Part shown: in pieces, positions 11,089 to 23,061 of the stretch
How positions within the stretch are numbered: position 1 is the first letter of the stretch
How the letters are laid out: every line of letters begins with the position of its first letter
DNA from: Candidatus Moanibacter sp.
GTDB lineage: Bacteria > Verrucomicrobiota > Verrucomicrobiia > Opitutales > UBA2987
Direction: 5' to 3'
DNA length: 64,000 nt
Assembly (NCBI GenBank): GCA_965215885.1
Contig: CBDCEW010000103.1
Location: forward strand, 96,001-160,000
Notes under the pieces: model-generated
The model's input: the letters and a program-made list of their open reading frames with translations, nothing else
Database searches by the model: none
What the model was told of the DNA's origin: nothing
Translations under genes and position numbers: made by a program

Positions 11089-11262
11089 CCCGGACATTTC
11101 ACACACTTCGTAACGAGACGGCGTAGATTGCTGCGTGTCAATGCCTTTCCGAAGCGCGGCGGGCGACAGCGTGTTGGGACCCTCTGAGGTCGCCGGGTAA
11201 GGTAAGTCCTTGAGATGCAGTGATATCCGTCGTCGTAGTAGAAGGTTTGTGAGATGTTCGGG
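11089..11262 (+). mobile_element. ~174-bp MITE, copy 2
   Basis: Flanked by TTAG on both sides, which shows the 4-bp YTAG is a target duplication rather than part of the TIR. Confidence 0.88.
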
Positions 11263-11439
11263 TTAGTGGACAACTGTTTCACAGAAATCGGACTTTTTCA
11301 ACGATTTCGTACCTATAGGAACACTGCCACCTGCATACCCCGAATCGTAAATACGCCGCAGTATAGTTTCAAACTTCGTTCCCCCGATCAAACAGAGTCT
11401 CAGTTGAGATTCTCTCCTTCATCGCTCGATCACCGCTAG

Positions 11440-11613
11440 CCCGGACATTTCACACACTTCGTAGCGAGACTGCGTAGGTTGCTGCGTATCACTGCCTTTC
11501 CGCAGCACGACGGGCGACAGTGTGTTGGAACCCTCTGAGGTCGCCGAGCAAGGGAAGGCTTTGAGACACAGTGACATCCGCGGTCGTGGCAGAAGGTTTG
11601 TGAAATGTTCGGG
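11440..11613 (+). mobile_element. ~174-bp MITE, copy 3
   Basis: Homologous to the other copies; left flank CTAG. Confidence 0.85.
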
Positions 11614-12109
11614 CAATGAACCGTGGTATGGCTACTGCACCCGTGGGTATTTTTTTAAAGATCTGTCCCACGGTGGGCTACGCCCCATCCCACTGTGTCT
11701 GCCGGATTATTCAAGTCTCCAGCTCGAATACATCCTCACTCATGTTTCCCTCCTTCATGCATCGATAACCGTGTGGAACCATGGTATGGCTACTGTCCCG
11801 CTCAGCGAGATGGGCACACTCTTTGCCATTTCCTCTCCACCTCGGACTTCCTCATCGTCCAAACGCTTCAGATTCCGCAATATCTACTTTCGAATCTCCC
11901 GCCTCTTCTACAGTCGATTCTCCCTGCGCGTCTTTCGGCCAGTGGCGGCCGTCGCCTCTTCCCCAGCAAGAAGCCACGGAACAGCCGAACTCAACGATAA
12001 TAAGCCGAAGAGAATAACTCGAGTCACCTTAGTGAATTATTAGACAGGAAGCCCGGATCGCAAACCCTGAAATCTCACAAGGGTAGCGGAAAGCGGGAGC
12101 TTTTCGATC

Positions 12110-14003
12110 CAGGGTAAAAGGATTCCAGGAAGCAACTAGCTGATAAGCAAGAAGATAAAAAAAGAGCTAAACAAACCCGAGGAAATCAGTCATGTTAAGA
12201 TGGGATGAAAGACAAAAAATCTTACCAACTGAATCCTTCGATAGATCGTTTAACTCTGCGTCTGGTCCTGCCCGAAGAGCAGGAGCGATTCAATGATCTA
12301 TTGAAACAACATCATTATTTACACAGTGCGGGCAGCGCAGGAGAGACCCTGCGCTATGTGGCGCAGATCGACGGGCAATGGATGGGCCTGCTCTTGTGGG
12401 GGGCCGCATCCTACCGGCTGACGGATCGAGACGAATGAATCGGGTGGGACGGGGCGCAACGGCATGCACGATTGAAACTGGTAGTACAGAACCGGCGTTT
12501 TCTGATTTTGCCCGGGGTGGATCTTGCAAATTTGGCCTCCAAGACGTTGGGTATGTGCCTGAGAGTCTTAGCCGATCACTGGCAGGAGGCTTTTGGCTAT
12601 CGTCCCTTAGTAGCGGAAACGTTCGTGGACCCACAGATTCACCGGGGCACTTGCTACGAAGCGAGCGGGTGGACGCCCTTGGGCTTGAGCGCGGGATATG
12701 GCCGCCAACGCGAAGATTTCTATCAACGCCATGAGCGTCCCAAGCAGATCTGGGTCAAACCCCTCAAGGCTAATGCCCTTGAGCTTTTGCGCGCTTCAGG
12801 GCCATTGCCCGCGGCACAGAGCCAGGCGCTCAATGAAACCGATAACTCCCATGCGGTCTGCCTCAAAGTGGAACAGATGAGCAGCCTGTGGGAACGCTTC
12901 AATCAGATAGAAGACTTCCGTCGTAAAGCGGGCCTTAGATATCGGCTCGCCACGGTCCTGAGCATGATTGTGCTCGGCACGATGTGCGGCAAACAGACCC
13001 TCAAGGGCATCGTGCGCCTGGCCCATCATCTCAATCAAGCCCAATTGCGCGCCTTACGCTCCTGGAAAAACCCCAAAACAGGCCGCTATAAGGCCCCTTG
13101 CTATGATGTCTTCTATCGGGTCTTGCAAAACGTAAAGGCCGAGCTCTTCGATAAAACCCTCACCGAATTCATCTGCTTACAAGACGGCTGTTTGCCCCGC
13201 GATATTGCCGTCGACGGCAAGACCCTCAAAGGCACAAACACCGAAGAATCAAAGGCTCTGCACCTGGTGGCCGCAGTCGATCACCAAAGCGCTCAAACCT
13301 TAGCCCAAGTCGCTACCGCCGATAAATCCAACGCGATCACCGCCGCCCAGACTCTCTTGCGAAAGATGCCCATTTTGGACGGCTCCACCTTCACCTTCGA
13401 CGCCATGCATAATCAAAAAGAAACTGCCCACATCGTCGTCGAAGAACTCAGTGCTGACTATGTTATTCAAATTAAAGACAATCAGCCCAACATGCATCAA
13501 TACGCTCAGAATCTCTTCAGCTCCACCCCCTTTTTCTCCACCAAACCGTGGACAATGACCATGGGCGACTCGAAATACGTCAAATAGCAACCCATTCTCT
13601 AAGCGCTCCCTCTGCCGGCCTGCCCCATGCCCGCCAGTTCGCCTGTGTGCAACGCACCTTCCATTATCCAAACAAAGCTGAACCTTCCTCTGAACGCTCT
13701 TACTACGTAAGCAGTCTCGATCCCGCCGATTTGAGCCCTCAACAGTTCCTCTCGAAAATTCGCAACCATTGGTCGATCGAAAATAAAAATCATTACCCCA
13801 GGGATCGCTTCTTCGATGAAGATCGATGTATGATCCGTAATCATAACGCAGCCAGAATTCTTGCTGCATGCAGGCAACTGGTTCTCAGCCTCAAGTCTTC
13901 CATGGGCGCTGAATCCACTCCCGCACTCTGTGATGATTTCGTCTTTAACTTACATAAGGCCATCAATATCATCACCTAATGCTCCGAGAATCAAAATACC
14001 GTG
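12110..14003 (+). mobile_element. ISAs1-family element, copy 2 (1894 bp); transposase has a nonsense mutation
   Basis: TIRs CAGGGTAAAAGGATTC / GAATCAAAATACCGTG. TGG>TGA at 12436..12438 relative to copy 3. No target duplication. Confidence 0.93.
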
Positions 14004-16592
14004 GAGCGCTTCAAAGTCGCGCGTCAGATTTTTGCGCCCGTGGGTTTGACGGCGTTTGCGCTTGGAGGTGCGCCAGGTGCCTTCCAGCTCATTGGTCGTG
14101 CGTACGCTGTCTGGATGGGCCGGTGGGGGAAGCAGCCGCTGCCAGTATTTGTCCAGATGAGTGACCACGGTGCGGTAGAGTTTGGCTTTCGAGGGGTTGG
14201 TCAGGGAGGCGCCTTTTTGGCGATATTGGGCACGCAGCAACTGGAGAGCCTCGGTGAGCTCAGCGGCTTGTCCTGCTTGCAACAGATAAGGGTCGCTTAA
14301 AGGGCAGGGGCCGCTGGCGCTGAGCCAAAGGGCATCGCGCAAAGCGCTGAAAATGCAAAAAGCGTTTTCATAGATAGTAGCGGCTTCGATGACGAGGGCA
14401 TCAGCCAGATACTGCTTCAACCCGGTCGAAAGATGAAAGAAGCTTCGCAGAACAGAGCAACTGGCAGGAGCGCGGGCAAGCCACTGCTCCAGGGCGGCAT
14501 GGGCGCGCACGACCCGCCGATGCCAATAAAGCAGGTAAGGATCGAAGGGAAAGCCCTGGCGGTGACCGTCGCAGGGATAATCCAAAATCCACAATTGCAG
14601 GGCCATGAGCAGTTCCCGTGCAAGGGTGGGATCGAAGGGCACTGCGAGCGCTTTGGCGGTGAGCAAATCGGCCAGGACGAGGGCGTGTTTTTCACGGAGG
14701 GCGTCACGGAGCTTTGCGGTGATGTGTTTGCGTTGCTCGCGCATGCGCTCCATGAGCTTCAATTGCCGCAAGCGCCCGTTGAGCATCTGCTGGGGTTTTC
14801 GATAAAGCTGTTCGCCCACATTGCGGGCGAAATGATAATGGCAGACGCCATGGGGGGCCTGGAAGGTTTCGCTCTCGCAGGCCTTGCTGATCTGAGCGCT
14901 TAAATCATGATAGACATGGTGGGGTTGGCCAAAAGCCCGGGCCGCCCGGGCAAAACAGCCACTGATCGTTTCGCTCTGTTCGGAAGGCATTTTCCAGCTG
15001 CCCAAAAGGATCCCTTCGTCGGCTTCCTGAACAGCGAAGAAAACCGGCGTCTGCGGTTCCACGGTCCCATCCACCAGCCAGCGCAGGCAAGGGCGAGCGC
15101 TCAGGTAATCTTTAAGCACCGGAGCGGCCGCGGCGTGCAGCCGACCCAGATAAAAAAGAAACTTCTGCTGCATCTCATAGAGGCTGCTTTGAGCAATCTG
15201 CAGCTGCCCCGGGCCCTCGCGCAGTTCCCTGTGCACCTCTTTGAGGGTGGCGTTTTCGCACAAACATCGCTTGCCCACATAGGCAATCAGATCGTAAGCG
15301 TAGCGACTATGCGAGGGCACGATCTGTTCCAGGCGAGCAGAACGGTAGCTGTTGCGGTGGCTCCCTTGCCCCTGCTCGCGCACAACTTCCACCGCCTGGA
15401 AGCATCCATAGGAGAAACTGACCACCTTGCGGCGCAGGGTCTTGCGCACCTCTGAAGGACCCTCTTCGTCCTCCCGGGCATCGAAGCGATAACTCGTTTG
15501 CGCAGGCACAGCCCCCACCGTTTGCAGGGCCCGTTCAGCCTCTGCCCGCAAATCATGTAACAGCTCCGCTACCGCGATCGTTCCGGTTTTTTTTTGAGCG
15601 AGTAAAACGCCATCACCCGCTCAATTTGCTCCCCGCTCAGCTCTACTCCCTGCTCTTGCATAAGCTCGACAAGCTCCTTGACCCCGGCCTCGGGATGGCC
15701 GATACAGGCGACCAGCAAAGCGATCACGACCATCGTTTCGAGCCCTTCGGGAGCTGCCTGCAAAGCGCCCCCGGGGTCCCCTGCCTGAACTTGTGCCGCT
15801 GTTCTTCGCCCTTGCCGCCGCTTTTTCTGTTCGGCCCCGCCCTGTTCCCCGGCCGAGACATACACGCAGTGACGCCCTTCATAGTATCGACTCAACCGCT
15901 TCTTTCTACAAAGCACGCTTATGGGGTTGTGCACCCGTACCCCAAGGAGGGTCTCCAACTCAGCCACCGTGTAGCCGCAAAGCGAAGCTCCCACCACCGC
16001 CTCCACGGTCTCCTCCAAGGTGCCGTGGCGCGAAAAGCGCCCCTTGCGAAAACGCCACAAACCGGCCCCGTCAAAGCGCGGAATGTCTTTCAAGCTCAGG
16101 TAGCCACAATTGGCATTGTAACTGGAGTAATGGCCATATTTTTGCAAAGCCCGATAGACCGTTCGCCGCGACACCCTCTGCTCCTTCATCAGCCTCCACA
16201 CCGTGCTTACCCGATCCCGCCGTACCGCTTCGACCACCTCCCTCTCTTTACGCGAAAGCTCTTCTTGCATGCACCGGCACAGTATGGAAAGGAGGCAAAA
16301 CTGCAAACTCTATTTTACATACAATGCCAATACCAACTTTCTCCAGCTCCCTTCGCTTCTACTCAATTGCCACCAGAAATCAACTCCCCGTTCAAAGCGC
16401 TTTTGTAACTGATTAATACTCAACAAGTTTCTAACTGACAACAAACCTGCAGGAAAAGCTCTCTACCTCTAACGAACCCACACACAACAATCGTTGAAAC
16501 TCCATTCTGGCATACTATGTAATCAATAGAATCTTGCAAGTGCCTGAATAACATTTACTTTGGGTTCTCCAACCCAATTTCGTAATTATGGG
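14004..16592 (-). mobile_element. Two-ORF transposable element (HTH ORF 15569..16270 + transposase ORF ..15551), unclassified IS; 3' end truncated by ISAs1
   Basis: ORF2 has DGT...YHDL...CHYHF...RTTNELE (DDE-like). ORF1 has an HTH-like VSRRTVYRAL. An A9 run links the two in the -1 frame. The right boundary is approximate. Confidence 0.7.
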
Positions 16593-16770
16593 TCTTGTGC
16601 CGGGGTGGCGCGCGTTCCCTGCTATTAACCGTGTGCCTCAACCAACCCCTCCACCGGTCCTTTCTCGCCCCAGCCGTGTTCAAGCTGGGGCGAGAAAGGA
16701 CCGGTGGAGGGGTGCGCGGTCACAATCGCCTATTGTAGCTGTATACCGTGCGCCACCTCGGCACAAGACC
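16591..16770. repeat. 180-bp nested palindrome
   Basis: Outer arms GGTCTTGTGCCG.GGTGGCGC / GCGCCACC.CGGCACAAGACC and an inner perfect 30-bp inverted repeat. Confidence 0.85.
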
Positions 16771-16888
16771 GGGGCAGCCTCAAAAACGCTAAACAGGCAC
16801 AATCAGCGAAGGGATCCGGCTGCAATTCTCAGCAAATATGAGGATCCTACTGAACACCGAATGCGCAGTGCCCTTCGCGCCCATCTAG

Positions 16889-18735
16889 TCCTAAAATAAG
16901 CGCGTTTAAAGGTTGAACAGGAAACTTCGTTATTCCTAACGTTATTTGCCATGCTGGCGGTAGTTTTGCCGCCGCCACCCTTGGGCTGGTTTCATGTTTT
17001 GCTTTTTTTGAGTCATATCCGTTCTGTTTTAACGTTAGTTCTGTCCCCTTTTTTGGATACGCCGACAGTCCTTCCGTTGTGGCTGTGCGTTCGCGGTTAC
17101 TTGATCTGCTACCCAGGCGACATAGATCGGAATCGCTCCCAGGTGCTGATAAAATCTCCCATCCACTCGTTCCAGCTTAAAAGCCGATAAACAATTCGGC
17201 GCCCGCTTCGGATGATTTGCGCGGGGAGCAAGATGATGGCGTGAAGGAAGCGCCGAAACTCCATCTTCACGATCTCCAACCCCCGCAGGCGGTTGGGCAT
17301 GAGTAATCCATACCACGCCTTCAGGTTCCAGGCCAATGCTGTCATTACCATATAGGCCCAATTGCTCAAAAGATCATCCACGGGCATACGCATCGCATTA
17401 ACCCCGTTTTTGAGTTGCTCAATAACGTTCTCCTGATCGCAGCGTTGATTCGCAAAGGCGACCACCTGCTCCTTAGTCAGGTCCCTACGATTTGTGATAT
17501 AAAAAAAGTAGCGGATCTCATCAAAGAGCACTACTTCGCCCTTTTGCACACTGATGTTCTTACGCACCACCACCATCCGATAGGTCTTTTTGCACTTGTT
17601 GGGCCGATAGTCCAACTCGGCCACACTTTCTGCCTCCAGCACCTTGTTTTCAAAACCCTTCTGGTGCACGATCCCTTCCTTCACTCGCGGCGCTTTAGCT
17701 CTCGATTCGGTCGCTATTTCATGCTTGGGCAACCGCTCCAGTTCGCTCCAGGCCGTCTCTCTGAACTCCTCGGCCAGTCCCACCACTTTGGGATGCGCAT
17801 CCATTCCGAAGATAAATCCCGTTCCTTCTTCATCCCACCGATCGAAGTTTTCTGTCAACGAAAAGTCCGTATCCCCTCGCAAGCAGATTTTCCCCGCATG
17901 CGCACGCACAAGTTCCACCGCCCGATCAATCCACTTTACGCATCCCTCATGGCTAGTCTCATTGCCCGGTCGATTCACCATGTAGAGCACTTCCCTGGTA
18001 TTTGCCAAACTCACGATCAGCGGTGCATAGCCCCAGATCCCCTTATAGCTTATTCCCATACCCCCTTTGCACTTCCCTCTCGTCTGCGCTATCGTCCCGT
18101 CCACATCGATGAACGCCTCCTCCATGAATCCTTTTGCCTGCTTGTTCCACACCCCTTGCCGTATCCGGTTGATCCCTTCCATCAATTTTTCGATCGCGCC
18201 TTCATCAAAGCGTCGGGTGAAGTCTCCACTGGTCGTCGGATCCGGTATCCTCTGCGCTCCTAAGGCATTCAGAAAAACCTCGTCCTTGCGGCGCAATTCG
18301 ATGTCTTCGAGCCGGATCCCTCCCAATAATGCGTTGTAGGCTATGTTGAGCACATGATCACTCTCATGATACGGCAGGTGGCGCTTGAGCAACTGCACGC
18401 TCTGGTCGAGCTCTTCCACCAACCCCAGTCTCTTCACCATCAGGTGAATCGCTCCTATCCCTCCACAACTCACCCCTTTGCCTCGTTCGGCCGTCTCGTA
18501 GTGGATGTTGCTCGCTTTGAACATCGGTTTGGCCTGTTCAGGCCAGCCCCGATTTCTAAGCCGATGCTTTATTCTTCTCTTGCTATTGTGGAGGTTCTTG
18601 CGGTATCTTCTTTTCACTCGAAACGTCCTTTTTTTCTGGGTGGTTTTTTTGGTCGATTAACAGTTTTCCCAGTATCTAAGCGCGTTTCGAGCTTTTTATT
18701 GCGTTAGGTATATTCCAATCACACTTGTTCGAGGT
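16889..18735 (-). mobile_element. IS1380-family insertion sequence
   Basis: CTAG duplicated at 16885 and 18736; weak TIRs TCCTAAAATAAGCG / CACTTGTTCGAGGT. Confidence 0.82.
17109..18617 (-). CDS. IS1380-family transposase
   Basis: HLPYHESDHVLNIAYN, IPDPTTSGDF, IDVDGT, LRGDTDF, QENVIEQLK. Confidence 0.92.
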   Translation of the reverse strand: MKRRYRKNLHNSKRRIKHRLRNRGWPEQAKPMFKASNIHYETAERGKGVSCGGIGAIHLMVKRLGLVEELDQSVQLLKRHLPYHESDHVLNIAYNALLGGIRLEDIELRRKDEVFLNALGAQRIPDPTTSGDFTRRFDEGAIEKLMEGINRIRQGVWNKQAKGFMEEAFIDVDGTIAQTRGKCKGGMGISYKGIWGYAPLIVSLANTREVLYMVNRPGNETSHEGCVKWIDRAVELVRAHAGKICLRGDTDFSLTENFDRWDEEGTGFIFGMDAHPKVVGLAEEFRETAWSELERLPKHEIATESRAKAPRVKEGIVHQKGFENKVLEAESVAELDYRPNKCKKTYRMVVVRKNISVQKGEVVLFDEIRYFFYITNRRDLTKEQVVAFANQRCDQENVIEQLKNGVNAMRMPVDDLLSNWAYMVMTALAWNLKAWYGLLMPNRLRGLEIVKMEFRRFLHAIILLPAQIIRSGRRIVYRLLSWNEWMGDFISTWERFRSMSPG

Positions 18736-18737
18736 CT

Positions 18738-18836
18738 AGTGTCGTGTCACGTTAACACCTTTACACAGGTGAGAGCGCCAATGAGGAGCAGCGCAAGGCC
18801 GGCAGCCGGGTGAAGGTATTAATGGGACACGGCACT
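18738..18836. mobile_element. ~100-bp MITE with IS630-like ends
   Basis: Inverted ends AGTGTCGTGTCACGTTAA / TTAATGGGACACGGCACT. Confidence 0.6.
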
Positions 18837-18842
18837 CCTCGA

Positions 18843-21332
18843 TCACGAAACACTCGATGCCGGTTGGTCTTGATTAAAGGTAAGGCGGTCGCCCTCTACT
18901 GCCACGAGGATGGGTTCACCCCTCTTCAATTCACCCCTCAGGATGGCTTCCGCCAAAGGATCTTCAAGGTGCCGCTCAACGGCCCGGCGAAGGGGACGCG
19001 CGCCATATTTCGAATCGTACCCATTATCGATTAGAAAGTCCCGTGCTTCTTCCGACACTTCCAGAGAAATATCCTTCTCATTGAGCCTCAACGATACCTT
19101 TCCCAGCTCAAGTTTCACGATTTTGAGCAAGTCATCTCGTGTTAATATCCGAAAGACGATCAGCTCGTTCACCCGGTTAAGAAACTCCGGTTTAAAGACC
19201 TTCTTCGATTCCTCCAGGATTTTTTCCTTAAGCTTTTCGTAACTGTCATCATCACCGCCGGGCGAATCAAATCCTAGAGAACCGGATCTTTGCAGTGTTT
19301 GCGCACCTACGTTTGAAGTCATAATGATGATCGTATTGCGAAAATCCACCGTCCGGCCCAGACTGTCTGTAAGCCGTCCGTCTTCCAGAACCTGGAGCAA
19401 AAGCTGCACCACATCGGGGTGCGCCTTCTCAATTTCATCGAACAAGACTACGCAATAAGGTCTGCGTCGCACAGTCTCGGTGAGTTGTCCCCCCTCTTCA
19501 TACCCGACATATCCGGGAGGCGAACCGATCAACCTCGAAACCGTAAACTTTTCCATGTACTCGGACATATCGAGTTGAACGATAGAATCCTGGTCGCCAA
19601 AGATTTTCTCCGCCAGGACTTTCGCAAGGTGACTCTTCCCGACCCCGGTCGGGCCCATGAACATAAATGAACCGATCGGTCGCCGAGGGTCCTTCAAATC
19701 CGCCCGCGAACGCCGCAGAGCCTTGGCGATAACTTCCGTGGCGATATTCTGCCCGATCACCTCCACCTGTATCTCCGCTTCGAGTTTGAGCAGCTTCTCG
19801 GTCTCTTTCTCTTCCATGCGGCTCAGTGGAATGCCTGTCCAACTCGATACAATATGAAGCATGGCATCATCATCCACCGTAACCTGTGTCTCCTCCCGAT
19901 TCTGTTTCCAATCCTCGAGTATTTCCTCGCGTTTGGCCCGAAGCTGCTTCTCCGTATCGCGGAATTTTGCTGCACCTTCAAAATGTTGCTTGCTGATCGC
20001 CTCCTCCTTCTGCGAGCAAACTTCGTCGATTTGACGCGCCAGATCCTCCACCTCCGGAGGGCGCTTCAAGGAGTCTATACGCGCACGGGCGCCAGATTCG
20101 TCGAGCACATCAATTGCCTTATCGGGAAGGTAGCGCCCTGTGATATAGCGGTCCGAGAGTTTTGCCGCCGACTCTATCGCGCTCTTCGTGTATATCACTT
20201 TGTGGTGTTCTTCGTATTTGTGGCGAATGCCGTTCAAAATCTTAATTGTGTCCTCAACCGATGGCGCCTCTACAATCACGCTTTGAAACCTGCGATCCAG
20301 GGCGCTGTCCTTTTCGATGTACTTGCGATACTCGGACAATGTAGTAGCTCCAATACACTGCAATTCCCCTCGAGAGAGGGCCGGTTTGAAGATATTTGAG
20401 GCATCCATCGCGCCTTCCGCTGCGCCCGCACCCACAATTGTATGCAATTCGTCGATAAATATGATTATGTTCTTCGCTCGCCGTATTTCATCCATCACCG
20501 CTTTGATTCGCTCTTCAAATTGGCCGCGGTATTTCGTTCCCGCGACCATCAGCGCCAAATCCAATGTAATGACGCGCTTGTCCAACAGAATCTCGGGTAT
20601 CAGTGCGGAGGCGATTTCCTGTGCAAGACCCTCGACGATGGCTGTCTTTCCGACACCGGCCTCCCCAATCAAAACCGGATTATTCTTCGTGCGCCGGCAA
20701 AGTATCTGGATGACCCGTCGTATTTCATCTTTTCGGCCTATCACCGGATCGAGTTCGTTGTTTTGTGCCAGTTCCGTCAAATCCCTTCCGAACGCCTTTA
20801 ACGCCGGTGTCTTTAGATCCTTTTTCTCCTCCGAACCGGCACCCGCCGCGGAAGAGATGGCATCTTCGTGTTCTCCAGTGAAATTGGGATCGAGCTCGCT
20901 GAGAATCTCATTTCGGCAACGCTCGATATCCACATCCAGGCTTTTTAGAACTCGAGCTGCCACACCTTCGCCTTCTCGAAGCAGGCCCAACAGAATATGC
21001 TCCGTCCCTACATAGCTGTGATTGAGAGATTTCGCTTCCTTCCCGGCTAACGCCAGGACCTTCTTAACTCTCGGAGTGTAGGGGATGTTTCCCGTCGGCT
21101 TCGATTCTGGTCCCGTCCCTACCTGCTTTTCCACCGCCGCTCGAACCGTTTCCAAATCCAACCCCATTTTCTGCAGAACGTTCACCGCTACTCCTTGTCC
21201 CAGGTTAATCAAACCCAGGAGGAGATGCTCGGTCCCTACATAATTGTGGTGAAAACGGTCCGCTTCCTTACGTGCCAATGCGAGCACCTGCTGCGCCCGA
21301 GGGGTAAAGTTATTCATCGGTTCCAATGCCAT
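18843..21332 (-). CDS. clpC: ATP-dependent Clp protease ATPase subunit ClpC
   Basis: Two Clp-N repeats, GEAGVGKT and GPTGVGKS Walker A motifs, a UVR-like middle domain and GARPLRR. Confidence 0.97.
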   Translation of the reverse strand: MALEPMNNFTPRAQQVLALARKEADRFHHNYVGTEHLLLGLINLGQGVAVNVLQKMGLDLETVRAAVEKQVGTGPESKPTGNIPYTPRVKKVLALAGKEAKSLNHSYVGTEHILLGLLREGEGVAARVLKSLDVDIERCRNEILSELDPNFTGEHEDAISSAAGAGSEEKKDLKTPALKAFGRDLTELAQNNELDPVIGRKDEIRRVIQILCRRTKNNPVLIGEAGVGKTAIVEGLAQEIASALIPEILLDKRVITLDLALMVAGTKYRGQFEERIKAVMDEIRRAKNIIIFIDELHTIVGAGAAEGAMDASNIFKPALSRGELQCIGATTLSEYRKYIEKDSALDRRFQSVIVEAPSVEDTIKILNGIRHKYEEHHKVIYTKSAIESAAKLSDRYITGRYLPDKAIDVLDESGARARIDSLKRPPEVEDLARQIDEVCSQKEEAISKQHFEGAAKFRDTEKQLRAKREEILEDWKQNREETQVTVDDDAMLHIVSSWTGIPLSRMEEKETEKLLKLEAEIQVEVIGQNIATEVIAKALRRSRADLKDPRRPIGSFMFMGPTGVGKSHLAKVLAEKIFGDQDSIVQLDMSEYMEKFTVSRLIGSPPGYVGYEEGGQLTETVRRRPYCVVLFDEIEKAHPDVVQLLLQVLEDGRLTDSLGRTVDFRNTIIIMTSNVGAQTLQRSGSLGFDSPGGDDDSYEKLKEKILEESKKVFKPEFLNRVNELIVFRILTRDDLLKIVKLELGKVSLRLNEKDISLEVSEEARDFLIDNGYDSKYGARPLRRAVERHLEDPLAEAILRGELKRGEPILVAVEGDRLTFNQDQPASSVS

Positions 21333-21358
21333 TTCGCCTTACTCTCTTACTATTCTTC

Positions 21359-22447
21359 TTAAGATAAATTCTCAACCTTGTCAAAGTTAAGAAGCGGCAG
21401 TCCTTCGAATTGTTCCCGCATATACTTTGCACGGTATATATCGCGCTCACCCGGATCGATCTCACTTTTGGCCGCGTATTGAATATGCCCCGGCTGGCTC
21501 TCGATAAAGAGACGATCGATTTTCGGGCGCAGCGTTTCCTCGAGCATGTTCAAATCGACCGCCAGCCGCAGCAGCGATAGCAGTTTCATCGCTTCCGTCG
21601 AACTCAAGATATGAACATTCATCAATATCCCGTAAGCGCGCCCGATCTTATCAAATACCTTTTCAGGCTCCCTTTCGAGAAGCTTCTGACGGGCATTATT
21701 CTCCTGTTCGATTATAGAGGAGAGCACGTTCGTAATCCGCTTTATGATATCTCCTTCGCTCTCTCCCAGTGTCTGTTGATTCGAAATCTGAAATATGCTT
21801 CCGCTCGCATCCGAGCCTTCCCCAAATAATCCTCTCACCGCAATACCGAGCTGGTTAACCGCCCGTATCACTTTCTCCATCTGCTCCGAAATAATGAGAG
21901 CCGGCAAATGCATCATGGCCGATGCCCTCAGACCCGTGCCAACATTCGTCGGACAGGCTGTCAGATAACCCAGATCCGAGGCAAAAGCATAGTCGATATA
22001 CTCTTCGATCATGCTGTCCAGCTCGTTAACGGTCTTCCAGATCCGCTTAAAATTGAACCCTCCTTTTACCATCTGAATACGCAAGTGATCCTCTTCATTT
22101 ATCATTACCGCACATGACTGATCGCTACCTATCATTACTCCAGAGTTTTTCTCGCCATTCGATAGTTCTCGGCTGATCAAATGTCTCTCCACCAGCACCT
22201 GTTTCTCCAGATCACTCAGCTCTTCAATGGTAAAACACGCACCGCTATCCATTTGCGGGAGCTTGCTCACCGCCTCTAAACAAGCGGACAAAACTTCACG
22301 CCTCTGTGACTCCTTGGCCCACCCGGGAAAGGGAATATCATTCAAATTGCGAGCCAGTCGGACCCTCGTACTTAAAACCACCGGACAGTTCACTCTCGAA
22401 CCATGGGTCAGTTCTGCCTTCGCTTTGATGAGAGGACTGATACTCAT
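21359..22447 (-). CDS. mcsB: Protein arginine kinase McsB
   Basis: STRVRLARN, MINEEDHLRIQ, LTACPTNVGTG, FQISNQ; lies directly upstream of clpC. Confidence 0.96.
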   Translation of the reverse strand: MSISPLIKAKAELTHGSRVNCPVVLSTRVRLARNLNDIPFPGWAKESQRREVLSACLEAVSKLPQMDSGACFTIEELSDLEKQVLVERHLISRELSNGEKNSGVMIGSDQSCAVMINEEDHLRIQMVKGGFNFKRIWKTVNELDSMIEEYIDYAFASDLGYLTACPTNVGTGLRASAMMHLPALIISEQMEKVIRAVNQLGIAVRGLFGEGSDASGSIFQISNQQTLGESEGDIIKRITNVLSSIIEQENNARQKLLEREPEKVFDKIGRAYGILMNVHILSSTEAMKLLSLLRLAVDLNMLEETLRPKIDRLFIESQPGHIQYAAKSEIDPGERDIYRAKYMREQFEGLPLLNFDKVENLS

Positions 22448-22449
22448 GG

Positions 22450-22962
22450 CTAATCCTGTGTGTTACTCAATTTCGACTCTTTCACCTGGCTAATCTCATC
22501 TCGATACTGTGCCGCTTCTTCATAGCGCTCATCGGCGATGGCAGTCTGCAATTTCTCGTCAAGTTCGTTCAGCCGCTCGTGTAGGGAGACACGCTCCATC
22601 GCCCTCTGCGGCACTTTACCCCTGTGCAAAATCCCTTTGTGCATGCCTTGGAGCATAGGATTGACTACCTCGCGGAAATGGTCGTAACAAGCCGGGCATC
22701 CCAAACGCCCACTCTTCCTGAAATCGCTCGTTGACAACCCACATTGCTCGCACACCAGATCCCCCCCCGCAGGTTTTACCTCGGATACCAGTCCGGACTT
22801 CGAAAATAGATCTTCAAAAGACAAGCCGTCCGGATCCGTCACCCCCTTTTCCTGGGCACACTCTTCGCACAGATGCACCTTGTGGATCTTATTTTGAATG
22901 ATTTGCGTCAAATGCACGGTAGCCAGTTTATCGCAAATCTGGCACTGAATTGACTCTCCCAT
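22450..22962 (-). CDS. mcsA: McsA (CxxC motifs + UVR domain)
   Basis: Four CxxC motifs, GRLGCPACY and ERYEEAAQYRDEI; operon context. Confidence 0.93.
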   Translation of the reverse strand: MGESIQCQICDKLATVHLTQIIQNKIHKVHLCEECAQEKGVTDPDGLSFEDLFSKSGLVSEVKPAGGDLVCEQCGLSTSDFRKSGRLGCPACYDHFREVVNPMLQGMHKGILHRGKVPQRAMERVSLHERLNELDEKLQTAIADERYEEAAQYRDEISQVKESKLSNTQD

Positions 22963-23061
22963 CTTGGTAGACTATAGCAGCTTGTCTCCGAAATTAAAGT
23001 GAATAAAGCAATTGTGAATAAGTGGGGTTTCTCTCCTACCTCATGTTCCGCTATGCAAAAT

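Noticed and set aside
11820..12028. Possible decayed secreted-protein gene on the minus strand (VTRVILFGLLSLSSAVPWLLAG...)
   Set aside because: It has a signal-like start but early stops or frameshifts and no recognisable domain, so it cannot be supported.
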